Shown here in pieces: positions 28,482-37,322 of a stretch of 64,000 nucleotides of DNA. The stretch comes from Gemmatimonadales bacterium (GTDB lineage: Bacteria; Gemmatimonadota; Gemmatimonadetes; Gemmatimonadales; GWC2-71-9): positions 16,300-80,299 of the forward strand of contig DATAOI010000113.1 in assembly GCA_036265815.1 (NCBI GenBank), read 5' to 3'. Each line of letters starts with the position of its first letter. The stretch's first letter is position 1. Under the pieces are notes generated by a model. It searched no databases. It worked only from the letters and a program-made list of their open reading frames with translations, and had not been told where the DNA came from. The translations under genes and the position numbers were made by a program.

Positions 28482-30713
28482 TCAGCGACTCGCGACCCGA
28501 TAGAGCACCGCCGCCAGGCCGGCGAAAAGCAGCAGCGCGATCACATCGTTCTGCGAGACAGATCCCAGCGCATTCTGCAACCCTGCCAGGTAGGCCAGGT
28601 AGTCCGCCGCGGGCACCTGCGCCGTCTCGGCCCGGTGCGCCAGCGCCGCGGCCACCCCCGCGATCGCCACGCCGCCGAGCGCGCCCCCCGCGATCAGCCC
28701 GCTGGAGAAGAGCACGCCGGGACCGGACTCGACCTCGGCGAGTGACCGGTCGCCGCCGCGAGTCCGCCGTTCCATCAGCCAACGGACCACGCCACCGGCG
28801 AACATGGCGGACGAGGTGGAGACCGGCAGGTACACGCCGACCGCGATCGGCAGCGACTGCAGGCCCATCAGCTCGATCGAGAAGGTGAGAAACACGCCGA
28901 TGAGCACCAGCCCCCAGGGAAGCTTCCGAGTCAGGATCCCGTCGGTCACCAGGGCCATGATCGTGGCCTTGGGCGAGTCCAGCTTGGTGATCGGCCGGCC
29001 GTTGATCTCGTGGATCCGGCCGCCGATCCCGGGATCGACCAGATAGCCGATTTCCCGCGTGGTCGGCTCCACCAGGTACTTGCCCGGCACCACCCCCTGG
29101 ACGGGCAGGTTGACCCGCACCACGTCCCAGGTCCGCCCGCCGTACGTCATCCGCTCGCCGAGCGCGGTGACGGAGCGGTCGGGTGCTCCCGGCGCGGCTG
29201 CCTGGAGGGCCACTCCCGCATGCTGCTCCGGCACGATGTTGGTGTAGGTGTTGTTGAGCAGGGCGAGGGTCCACCCGATGGCCAATGCGGAGGTCACTGC
29301 CCCCACCATGATGGCGAGCTGCTGCCTCCGCGGCGTGGCGCCGACCAGAAAGCCGGTCTTGAGGTCCTGGCTGGTGGCACCGGCATTGCCCGCGGCCACC
29401 GCGATGACCGCGGCGATGGAAATGGCTCCCACCCGGTGGTCCACTCCGGTCCATCCGATCAGGAGGAAGATCGCCGTGGTGCCGATCAGGGCGGCGATGG
29501 TCATTCCGGAGATCGGGTTGGCGCTGACCCCGATCTCACCGGTAATCCGGGCCGACACCACCACGAAGAAAAATCCGAAGATCACGATCAGCACCGCGCC
29601 CAGCAGATTGACGGCGAGCTGCGGAAGCACCGTGAGCAGCAGTGCGAGCGCCACTGCCCCCGCCAGGGTCACCCAGATCGGCAGGTCCAGGTCGGTCCGG
29701 ATCCGGGCCGCCGCGTCGCCCACGCTGCCGCGCAGGTCCTCGAAGCCCGAGCGGAACGCGGCGATGATCGTGGGGATCGCCCGGATGAGTGCGATGATCC
29801 CTGCCGTCGCCACGGCGCCGGCGCCGATGTAGAACACGAAGTTCGCCCGGACCTCGGCCGGGCTCATGTCGGCGATGAGCTTGGTCTCGGCGAAGATCGG
29901 CTTGGTGAGTCCGGAGCCGAACAGCTTGATTGCCGGGATCAGGACCAGGTACGCGATGCAGCCGCCGGCAAAAAGGTTCCCCGCGATCCGAGGGCCGATG
30001 ATGTACCCCACGCCGAGCAGCTCGGGCGACACTTCGGCCGAGATCGAGGCCCCAGCATACGAGCGGGAGACCCAGCCGGGATACTCCTTCCAGACCTTGA
30101 GTCCGGCCATCAGGAATTTGTACGTGAAGGCGATTCCGAACGCCTGAAAGAGGCGCTTCGCCTGCAGGCCACCCCGCTCGCCCGCCTCGAGCACCTCCGC
30201 GCAGGCCGTGCCCTCGGGGTAGGTCAGCCGTCCATGCTCCTTCACGATGAGCGCCCGCCGGAGCGGAATCATCAGGAGGATGCCCAGCAGCCCGCCGACG
30301 ACCGCGATGACCGCCACTTTGCCGACAGTCAGGTCGTAGCCCATGAGCAGGATGGCGGGCAAAGTGAAGACGATGCCCGCCGCGATCGACTCGCCGGCCG
30401 AGCCGGTGGTCTGGACGATGTTGTTCTCCAGGATGGTCGAGCGACCCAGCGTCCGGAAGAACGCTACCGAGAGCACCGCGATGGGGATCGACGCTGAGAC
30501 GGTGAGTCCGATCTTGAGCGCGAGATAGACGCTCGACGCGGCGAAGACCACCCCGAGGATTGCCCCCAGGATCAACGCGCGAGCCGTGAGCTCGGCGGGC
30601 GATTGATGCGCCGGAACGAACGGTGTGTGCGCGGCCGGCTCCGGTGGAGCGCTCGGGCGGGTCAGGGTCGCCATGGATGTCCGTCCAGAGGGGAAGAAGA
30701 GAACGCGCCTCAA
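28482..30713 (-). CDS. OPT family oligopeptide transporter
   Basis: 743-aa polytopic protein. Its composition and motifs (GVSANPISGMTIA, GYIIGPRIAG) are typical of bacterial OPT-family proteins. Confidence 0.8.
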   Translation of the reverse strand: MRRVLFFPSGRTSMATLTRPSAPPEPAAHTPFVPAHQSPAELTARALILGAILGVVFAASSVYLALKIGLTVSASIPIAVLSVAFFRTLGRSTILENNIVQTTGSAGESIAAGIVFTLPAILLMGYDLTVGKVAVIAVVGGLLGILLMIPLRRALIVKEHGRLTYPEGTACAEVLEAGERGGLQAKRLFQAFGIAFTYKFLMAGLKVWKEYPGWVSRSYAGASISAEVSPELLGVGYIIGPRIAGNLFAGGCIAYLVLIPAIKLFGSGLTKPIFAETKLIADMSPAEVRANFVFYIGAGAVATAGIIALIRAIPTIIAAFRSGFEDLRGSVGDAAARIRTDLDLPIWVTLAGAVALALLLTVLPQLAVNLLGAVLIVIFGFFFVVVSARITGEIGVSANPISGMTIAALIGTTAIFLLIGWTGVDHRVGAISIAAVIAVAAGNAGATSQDLKTGFLVGATPRRQQLAIMVGAVTSALAIGWTLALLNNTYTNIVPEQHAGVALQAAAPGAPDRSVTALGERMTYGGRTWDVVRVNLPVQGVVPGKYLVEPTTREIGYLVDPGIGGRIHEINGRPITKLDSPKATIMALVTDGILTRKLPWGLVLIGVFLTFSIELMGLQSLPIAVGVYLPVSTSSAMFAGGVVRWLMERRTRGGDRSLAEVESGPGVLFSSGLIAGGALGGVAIAGVAAALAHRAETAQVPAADYLAYLAGLQNALGSVSQNDVIALLLFAGLAAVLYRVASR

Positions 30714-30884
30714 GCTACCGAGGCCGCTGGGGGGCGTCCAGCACCTGCGGGGTCCGGACCCTCGAGGGTGTTGCGCGGGGCACCGGGCCCGTGAGGGTCA
30801 TCACGGCGCTCGTCCTGGGGTTCGCCCATGATTAGAGCGTCACTGCGCAGCAATCCGGAGGTTCATCGGTCAAGGGAGGGCGCT

Positions 30885-31034
30885 ATGCTCTGGACGATCT
30901 TCGTCATTCTACTGGTGCTCTGGCTGCTGGGGATGGTGTCCTCCTATACGCTCGGGGGATTCATCCACGTCCTGCTGGTCGTCGCGGTCGTCATTGCGCT
31001 GATCCAGCTGATCCAGGGACGGCGAGTCGTATGA
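30885..31034 (+). CDS. lmo0937-family small membrane protein
   Basis: MLWTIFVILLVLWLLGMVSSYTLGGFIHVLLVVAVVIALIQLIQGRR. A GGGAGGG Shine-Dalgarno precedes ATG 30885, so the track start at 30828 was trimmed. Confidence 0.7.
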   Translation: MLWTIFVILLVLWLLGMVSSYTLGGFIHVLLVVAVVIALIQLIQGRRVV

Positions 31035-31252
31035 AGGCCGCGACGATCGTGGGCATCCTGCTGATCATCGTGGGCATCGCCGGGTTGGCCTTCGGTGGGT
31101 TCTCCTACACCCACAGGGAAAAGGTGCTCGACGTCGGTCCGATCCAGGCGAGCGCCGACAAGAAGGAGTCGCTTCCGGTCCCGCCGCTGCTCGGTGCCCT
31201 CGCCATCGTCGGTGGCGTCGTATTGCTCGCCTCGGGCGCTCGCCGCGCCTGA
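31031..31252 (+). CDS. Small two-TM membrane protein (DUF3185-like)
   Basis: 73 aa with two hydrophobic helices flanking a polar loop. 4-nt overlap with the upstream gene. Confidence 0.55.
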   Translation: MKAATIVGILLIIVGIAGLAFGGFSYTHREKVLDVGPIQASADKKESLPVPPLLGALAIVGGVVLLASGARRA

Positions 31253-31258
31253 GCCAGG

Positions 31259-31286
31259 CGGCCGCAGGGGAAACCCCCTGCGGCCG
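31259..31286 (+). terminator. Strong GC-rich hairpin after the small-membrane-protein pair
   Basis: CGGCCGCAGGGG-AAAC-CCCCTGCGGCCG forms a 12-bp perfect stem with a 4-nt loop, starting 7 nt after the stop. There is no clear U-tract. Confidence 0.45.
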
Positions 31287-31409
31287 GCCCCTTCCGCCAG
31301 CCTCCTCCGCAAACCGGAACTCCAGCCGCGACGTTCTTAGATCGAGCGGGTCCTCCGCGACTTGCGCTCGGCGACTTGCGCTCCGCCTTCCGGCGATGCA
31401 GTCATAGTC

Positions 31410-32057
31410 GTGGCCCGATCAGAATCCCAGCCCGGAAAGAAGTCCGGCTCGCCCAGCGAGGGGCGGCCCGGCCGGGAGACGCTCACGCTGGAGACCGAGC
31501 GTTCCCTCCGCCAACGGCTGGTGGCCCGGGACGAGCAGGCGCTGGTCGAGCTCATCGAGATCGCGGGTCCCTGGCTCCTGGGCCTCACCCAGTCCATGCT
31601 GGGCGATACCGACGAGGCGGAGGACGTGGTCCTCGAGGTCTTTGCTTCCGCCTGGGACCGGATCGGCCGGTTGGGAGACGAGCCAGGGGGACTCATGCCC
31701 TGGCTGCTGCGGATCGCCCGGAATCGGGCCATCGACCGGCTGCGGCATCGGCGGCGTTGGGAGGTGAAGCACGCCCGGGCGGAGAGCTTCGATGCCCTGC
31801 CCGTGGGGCGAGTGGGTGGCGGCCTCGACGAGGCCGCCCTGCCCGGTTGGCACGTGCACGAGTCGGTGCACGCCGCCCTCGCCGCGCTCCCCCCGGAGCA
31901 GCGCGAGGCCGTCCGTCTCGCCTACTTCCAGGGGCTCACCCATTCGGAGATCGCCCGCGCCCTGGGCATCCCGGTAGGCACGGTGAAGACCCGGCTCCGA
32001 CTCGCCTTCGACAAGCTTCGCGTCTCGCTGGCTTCCATCAAGGATTGGGTGCTATGA
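31410..32057 (+). CDS. ECF-type RNA polymerase sigma factor
   Basis: Region 2 reads DAEDVVLEVFASAW and region 4 reads LAYFQGLTHSEIARALGIPVGTVKTRL. The track start is TTG 31362. I list the first in-frame GTG (31410), so the start is uncertain. Confidence 0.8.
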   Translation: MARSESQPGKKSGSPSEGRPGRETLTLETERSLRQRLVARDEQALVELIEIAGPWLLGLTQSMLGDTDEAEDVVLEVFASAWDRIGRLGDEPGGLMPWLLRIARNRAIDRLRHRRRWEVKHARAESFDALPVGRVGGGLDEAALPGWHVHESVHAALAALPPEQREAVRLAYFQGLTHSEIARALGIPVGTVKTRLRLAFDKLRVSLASIKDWVL

Positions 32058-32779
32058 ACGCCCACGACTGGTACGTCGAGAATCGCGCGGGGTTCGTTGC
32101 CCGCAGCCTCGAGCCGGCGGAGGAGCGGACCTTTCGCGATCACCTGGCCCGCTGCGCGGAGTGCACCGCGGAGGTTGCCCGGCTGGAGCGCGAGCTCGCC
32201 TGGCTCCCGATGGCGCAGCCGCCCCAGGCGGCCTCGCCCAGCTTCGCCCGGCGCGCCGCGACGCAGATCCTGCAGCGGCGGGGACGCTGGCGCCAGTGGG
32301 TACCGTACGGGGTCGCGGCGGCCGCGATGCTGCTCGCGATCGGCGCGGGCTATCGGGGCGCGGAGGACCGACGTGAGCTGAGCGCGGTCCTGGCTGACCG
32401 GGAGCACCGGCTGGTCGCGCTGGAGGACACGCTGTCGGTGCTGCGGGGGGCCCGCCAGGTAGTGCAGATCCCGATCGCGATGGAGGGTCGCCAGGGTGGG
32501 TTGCTGATCTTTCAGGAACCGGTGTCGCACCGCTGGTGCGTGGTGGTCCACGGCCTGCCCCCGGCGCCGGCGGGCAACATCTATCAGTTCTGGTTCATCA
32601 CCGAGAGCGGCATGGTGCGTTCCGTCACCCTCAAAGCCGACGCCCCTCACCCCGCCTTCTTCACGCTTCCCATGCCCCCGGTCCGGTCACCCGTCATGGG
32701 CGCCGCGCTCACCGTCGAGCCGGCGCTCAACCGCTCGTCCGAGCCGCAGGGACAGCAGTTGGCGCATGTGACGTTTTGA
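32054..32779 (+). CDS. Anti-sigma factor: N-terminal zinc-binding ZAS motif plus RskA-like C-terminal domain
   Basis: HLARCAECTAEV (H-x3-C-x2-C), one TM helix (VPYGVAAAAMLLAIGAGY), and a C-terminal YQFWFITESG...LTVEP. ATGA overlap with the sigma gene. Confidence 0.8.
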   Translation: MNAHDWYVENRAGFVARSLEPAEERTFRDHLARCAECTAEVARLERELAWLPMAQPPQAASPSFARRAATQILQRRGRWRQWVPYGVAAAAMLLAIGAGYRGAEDRRELSAVLADREHRLVALEDTLSVLRGARQVVQIPIAMEGRQGGLLIFQEPVSHRWCVVVHGLPPAPAGNIYQFWFITESGMVRSVTLKADAPHPAFFTLPMPPVRSPVMGAALTVEPALNRSSEPQGQQLAHVTF

Positions 32780-32917
32780 GGGCGGCGGGGCGGTGGGAAG
32801 GACGGGAAGGCGGTAAGGACCGGTAAGGACGGTAAGGGCGGGAAGGCTCGCATGTCCCGGCTCCGCTCAGCCATCCTCGGCCGGCGCCACCTTACCGCCC
32901 TTACCGCCCTTCCCGCC
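32780..32917. repeat. Intergenic array of GG(T/G)AAGG-containing 9-10-mers in inverted orientation, with a G-quadruplex-type motif
   Basis: Plus strand 32792-32846 reads GGTGGGAAGGAC GGGAAGG CGGTAAGGAC CGGTAAGGAC GGTAAGGGC GGGAAGG. The reverse-complement units CCTTACCGC CCTTACCGC CCTTCCCGCC lie at 32890-32917. GGG-N4-GGGG-N4-GGG-N6-GGG lies at 32780-32806. Confidence 0.7.
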
Positions 32918-34455
32918 TACTGCGCTGAGTCCGAATTCACCGGCCACCAGGCGGGATGGGAGGTCTCCTCGCCGCCCAGCTGCACCGGCGGTTCCGGGAG
33001 CGTGTCGCTCGGGATGACGACGCCGTTGGCACCCAGCTCCCGAAAGAGCTTCCATTGGGCCTGCCGGGCCGCCCACGGCCTGCCGCCGTTGTACATCAGG
33101 GCCACCAGCAGAGTGCCTTCCGGCCGGCCCAGGTACCCCACCACCGTGGAGACTCGACCCAGCGTGCCGGTCTTGGCCCGCACGACACCCACACCCGGGA
33201 AGCCGCTGTTGAGCCGGTGCAGTGTGCCGCTCCCGTTGGCCGGCAGCAGCTGGGGGAAGTTTCGTCCGGCCGGCGTGGTCGGGAACTTGGCGAGATAGGA
33301 GACGAACGCGGCCGGAGTGACCCGATCATCGTAGGAGAGGCCACTGCCGTCCACCAGATACACTCCGTCGGTTGATCCGATCACCTGCCGCACGTGGTCG
33401 GTCAGGAGCTCCGGGCCCCGGGTCCGGCCGCCGGCCCATTGCAGCAGGAGCTCGGCACCGAAGTTGAGGCTTCGACGGTTGATCTCGCTGGCCAGCGAGT
33501 CCAGTGACGGCGATGCCACTTCCCCCAGAATCTGCATGCCACCCGTCGGGGGCGGGCCCAGGTAGGGCGACGGATTCCAGACGATGCCAGCCCGGGTGAG
33601 TGCGGTGCTCCAGACGGCGTTCAACAGGGCCCGCGGGTCGGCGGCCACCGCCGTGAGCCGGCGGACCCCGGCGCGCGCGCCGATGGTACCAGTGACGACC
33701 CAGCCACCGTCCAGCCGGGTGCGGAGGGCCAGCCGGGAGCGCCGACCCGCTCGGGTTCGGGCCGTGACGGTCACCATCGATCCGATGCCGCTCGGCGCGG
33801 TCTCGATGAGCCGGACGCGCTGCCCCGGCTTGCTGCCGGGCGCGATGGTGAGCCAGACGACATTTTCGTGCAGCGTGAGTGGGCCTATGAGCGGGGCGAA
33901 GATGCGACCCTGATGCCGGGTCGACCAGACCGCCGGATACACCGCGTTGGCCGGACCATCGGTGCTCTGCACCTGCAGCGGCCCGGTGAGCTTGCGAACC
34001 CCGGCCCCCGCGAGCTGGAGGGCCAGATCGTAGAACGTCGGTCCTGAGCCCTCGGCCCGCTCCAGGGACGGGTCGCCGTTCAGCTCGAGCGCCCAGCTCC
34101 CGATCCATTCCCCGCTCGCCGGGTCCAGCGAGCCGACCCCGACCACCCGGGTCGCGCGGCGGGCGCTCCCGCCCAGGACACTGCGGGCGAATCCTGTGGT
34201 GAAGAGCTTCACGGTGGACGCCGGCATGAGGGGCTGATCCGGCTGAATGCTCCAGAGGATCTGGCCCGTCTGATCGGCCACCGCGATCCCCCACTCGCCC
34301 GGAGAGCTGCGCTGGGCCCGCTGGTACCAGGAGGACATTCGGTCGGCCAGCCACTGGCTGTCCGTCTGCGCCTGCAGGGGAGCGACGTGGCTCTGCAGCC
34401 AGCCCATGAGGGCCAGAGCCAGGGTGCAGCGGGCAAGGGACGACGAAAGGCGCAC
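32917..34455 (-). CDS. dacB: D-alanyl-D-alanine carboxypeptidase/endopeptidase (PBP4, S13 family)
   Basis: ASTVKL (SxxK), DGSGLS and KTGTL motifs. I place the start at GTG 34455, just before the signal peptide VRLSSSLARCTLALALMG. The longest ORF reaches 34596. Confidence 0.85.
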   Translation of the reverse strand: MRLSSSLARCTLALALMGWLQSHVAPLQAQTDSQWLADRMSSWYQRAQRSSPGEWGIAVADQTGQILWSIQPDQPLMPASTVKLFTTGFARSVLGGSARRATRVVGVGSLDPASGEWIGSWALELNGDPSLERAEGSGPTFYDLALQLAGAGVRKLTGPLQVQSTDGPANAVYPAVWSTRHQGRIFAPLIGPLTLHENVVWLTIAPGSKPGQRVRLIETAPSGIGSMVTVTARTRAGRRSRLALRTRLDGGWVVTGTIGARAGVRRLTAVAADPRALLNAVWSTALTRAGIVWNPSPYLGPPPTGGMQILGEVASPSLDSLASEINRRSLNFGAELLLQWAGGRTRGPELLTDHVRQVIGSTDGVYLVDGSGLSYDDRVTPAAFVSYLAKFPTTPAGRNFPQLLPANGSGTLHRLNSGFPGVGVVRAKTGTLGRVSTVVGYLGRPEGTLLVALMYNGGRPWAARQAQWKLFRELGANGVVIPSDTLPEPPVQLGGEETSHPAWWPVNSDSAQ

Positions 34456-34808
34456 TGAGATTCCCGACCGTAGATTGTGACCACGAGGTGCGTCCGGGTG
34501 CTGCTGTGGCGAGCACGCTGCGGAGACCCTGCTATGATCTCCAATGTATGCCCTGGGCCCGGCCGGCATGTCAAGGCCTAAGGTCATACTCGCCACTCAT
34601 TTATCTCGCTGGATGAAGCGCCGCAACCGACTCGGCGGCAAACCCTGTGGGCCAGTGCAGTCAACTAGCAATTCCTGGGCCTTCCGGCGAGCTTGCACCG
34701 GGTGACCATGATCACGGCAGGGGTAGTCACCCCCGGGTACCGTCCGGCATCGCCGAACCCTGGTCAGCCAACCTGACAATCGCCCGAATGCGATCTGAGG
34801 AGGTCGAA

Positions 34809-35216
34809 ATGCGAACTCATACGTGTGTACGCTTGGCGGCTCTCACCGTGCTGACCACAGGACTGGCCTGCTCCAGTACTACCGCACGGGTGGACAACAC
34901 CAGGACTGCCACGGCCCAGGACACCACTTCGGTGCAGAATCCTCCGGGCTATCGGGGCATGGAACGGGACACAACGGCCGTACCACCTAAACCCGAGACG
35001 CCGGTGGACACGCTTCTCCAGCGCCAGGGAACCGGGGCTACCCACGACACCAGTTCTATGCGCATCCAGCGGGATACCACCCTCGGCCGGACCGGCGTGG
35101 TGGACTCCACGGGTGTGAGCCCGGCAAACTCGACCGCGGCCCCGCCGGTCGACACGATGCCCCGCGATACGACGGGGTACGGCCAGCCTCAGCAGCACGA
35201 TTCAACTTCACGCTGA
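34809..35216 (+). CDS. Lipoprotein with repeated D-T/S-T motifs
   Basis: ATG 34809 follows a GAGGAGG Shine-Dalgarno. MRTHTCVRLAALTVLTTGLAC carries a lipobox. The rest is low-complexity T/D/R-rich. Confidence 0.6.
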   Translation: MRTHTCVRLAALTVLTTGLACSSTTARVDNTRTATAQDTTSVQNPPGYRGMERDTTAVPPKPETPVDTLLQRQGTGATHDTSSMRIQRDTTLGRTGVVDSTGVSPANSTAAPPVDTMPRDTTGYGQPQQHDSTSR

Positions 35217-35218
35217 GC

Positions 35219-36121
35219 GTGATGGACGTGCAACCACGGCAGCGAGCCTGGAGGCGCCATCGTGCCGCCGCTTGGCGTTGGCTCCTCCTGCTGTTGCCGC
35301 TGGCTGCATCCTCCGTCCGCGCTCAGCAGGCAACCGACACCACCCGGTCGGCGGACAGCCTGCCCGCGGGGAACGCCGCCCCGCGCGACAGCACCGCCGT
35401 GAGCGACTCAACGCGGAACGATTCCACCCGCCGCGACTCGACCCGCCGCGACTCGACCCGCCGCGATTCGACTCGCCGCGATACCACCGCCCGCGACTCC
35501 GCCGCCCGCCGCGATACCACCGCTCGGGCCGGCGCTTCCCCCCGAGCGGACACTGCGGCGCGTCGGAGCGACACGCCGAAGCCGATCCCGCCTCCACCTG
35601 ACGACACCAGCCTCACCGCGCGTATGGACGTCCGCCGGGGCGGCGGGCTCACCCGCTCGGAGTTCCCCGATCTGTTGCAGTCGGCGCAGCTCACCCGGCA
35701 GTACGGCAGGTTCCTTCGTCTGGTGGAGCGTTCCGGCTGGGCTCAGCGCCTCGCGGGAGCGGGCCCCTACACCCTGCTGGCCCCCAACGATCTCGCCCTC
35801 CGGCGGGTGCAGGCGCCGGTGCTCGCTCGCCTCGAGGGCGACTCGGTCCTGCTGCATCGCTGGGTGGGTGACCACGTCTTTGCCGGGAGTCTCCGCACGG
35901 CCGACCTGCTGAGCGCCGGCCAGGATACCGCGGAGAGCGGGAGAGTCGTGCGGTTCACCCGGGACTCCGCCAGCGGAAGCCTGCGGGCGGATGACGCCCG
36001 GGTGGTGCAGCCCGATCTCATGGCCCGAAACGGGATGATGCAGGGGATCGACCGGGCGCTGGCGCCGGACACCGTGACCCGGGTGCGTCCACCGGAGCCC
36101 CGGCCGGCTCGCCGGCGCTGA
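35219..36121 (+). CDS. Secreted fasciclin (FAS1) domain protein with N-terminal RRDST repeat region
   Basis: Signal peptide WRWLLLLLPLAASSVRAQQ, then (R)RDST/RDTT repeats. The C-terminal part reads GPYTLLAPNDLALRRV...ARNGMMQGIDRAL (FAS1). Confidence 0.8.
   Translation: MMDVQPRQRAWRRHRAAAWRWLLLLLPLAASSVRAQQATDTTRSADSLPAGNAAPRDSTAVSDSTRNDSTRRDSTRRDSTRRDSTRRDTTARDSAARRDTTARAGASPRADTAARRSDTPKPIPPPPDDTSLTARMDVRRGGGLTRSEFPDLLQSAQLTRQYGRFLRLVERSGWAQRLAGAGPYTLLAPNDLALRRVQAPVLARLEGDSVLLHRWVGDHVFAGSLRTADLLSAGQDTAESGRVVRFTRDSASGSLRADDARVVQPDLMARNGMMQGIDRALAPDTVTRVRPPEPRPARRR
35399..35521 (+). repeat. In-frame 15-nt tandem repeat (CGCCGCGACTCGACC and variants) inside the fasciclin gene
   Basis: Four consecutive near-identical units lie at 35429-35488, flanked by degenerate units. 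They encode RRDST RRDST RRDST RRDTT. Confidence 0.85.
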
Positions 36122-36123
36122 GG

Positions 36124-37287
36124 CTACTTGAGGAGAGTCTTCGCGATCGTCTGGAGCTGCATGTTGCTGGTTCCCTCGTAAATCGTCCCGATCTTGGCGT
36201 CCCGGTAGTACTTCTCCGCCGGGTACTCCTTCGAGTAGCCGTAGCCCCCGAAGAGCTCCAGGCAGTTGGAGGTGGTCCGGTCGGCGACCTGGGAGCTGAA
36301 CAGCTTCGCCATGGCCGCCTGGTGGGCGAAGGCATGGCCCGCGTCCTTGAGCCGCGCGGCGTTGTAGACCATGAGTCGGGCGGCCTCGAGGTCGGTCACC
36401 ATCTGGGCCAGTTGAAACTGGACCCCTTGAAACTCCGCGATGGTCTTTCCGAACTGCCGGCGCTCCTTCACATACTGTGTCGCCGCCTCCAGCGCGCCCC
36501 GCGCCACCCCGATCATCTGGGCCCCGATGCCGATGCGCCCTTCGTTCAGGGTCTCGATGGCGATCTTGTAACCCTGGCCGACCGGCCCCAGGACATTCTC
36601 CGCCGGCACCACGCACTGCTCCAGGATCAGCTCCGTGGTGCTCGAGGCCCGGATGCCCAGCTTGTTCTCCTTCTTGCCCACGCTGAATCCCGGGAAGCCG
36701 TGCTCGACCACGAACGCGGTGATACCCTTGTATCCCTTCGACAGGTCGGCATTGGCGAAGACGATGAACACCCCCGCCTCCGCGCCGTTGGTGATCCAGA
36801 ACTTGCGCCCGGTGAGCTCCCACCGGTCGCCCTTCCGCTCAGCGCGCGTGGCCAGCGCGAAGGCGTCGCTCCCGCTGTCGGGCTCAGAGAGCGCGAAGGC
36901 GCCGAGCAGCTCGCTGGTGAGCCGGGGGAAATACCGGGCCTGCTGCTCCGGGCTGCCCCACCGCAACAGCGCGTTGTTGACCAGCGTGTTGTGCACGTCC
37001 ACGTAGATGGCGGCGGAGGCATCCACCCGGGCCAGCTCCTCAATGGCGAGCACCGACATGAAGATCCCGCCGCCGGCCCCGCCGAACTGCTCCGGCACCT
37101 CGATTCCCATGAGGCCCAGCTCGAAGAACTTGGGGATGAGATCGGGCCGGAACTGGGCCGCCTCATCCATCGCCTGGACATGGGGCTTGACCTCGGTCTC
37201 GGCGAACTGCCGGACCGAGTCCTGGAACATGGTCTCTTCTTCGGAGAGCAGGGTGAGGGCGGGAGCAGCCGTGCGGAGGTCCTGCAT
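36124..37287 (-). CDS. Acyl-CoA dehydrogenase (short/branched-chain type)
   Basis: Full-length ACAD pattern including GSDAFALATRAE, FWITNG and the C-terminal IYEGTSNMQLQTIAK. Confidence 0.9.
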   Translation of the reverse strand: MQDLRTAAPALTLLSEEETMFQDSVRQFAETEVKPHVQAMDEAAQFRPDLIPKFFELGLMGIEVPEQFGGAGGGIFMSVLAIEELARVDASAAIYVDVHNTLVNNALLRWGSPEQQARYFPRLTSELLGAFALSEPDSGSDAFALATRAERKGDRWELTGRKFWITNGAEAGVFIVFANADLSKGYKGITAFVVEHGFPGFSVGKKENKLGIRASSTTELILEQCVVPAENVLGPVGQGYKIAIETLNEGRIGIGAQMIGVARGALEAATQYVKERRQFGKTIAEFQGVQFQLAQMVTDLEAARLMVYNAARLKDAGHAFAHQAAMAKLFSSQVADRTTSNCLELFGGYGYSKEYPAEKYYRDAKIGTIYEGTSNMQLQTIAKTLLK

Positions 37288-37322
37288 AATGGCATGGCTC
37301 CGAGAATGGCCGGAAGCGTTGG

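Noticed and set aside
31316-31335. GGAAC ... CGTT as an autoregulated ECF promoter upstream of the sigma gene
   Set aside because: The spacer between the two elements is only 11 nt, against about 16-18 nt for ECF promoters.
32792-32917. CRISPR array
   Set aside because: The units are only 9-10 nt, directly abutting or inverted, with no spacers and no cas genes. This is a short intergenic repeat or hairpin element.
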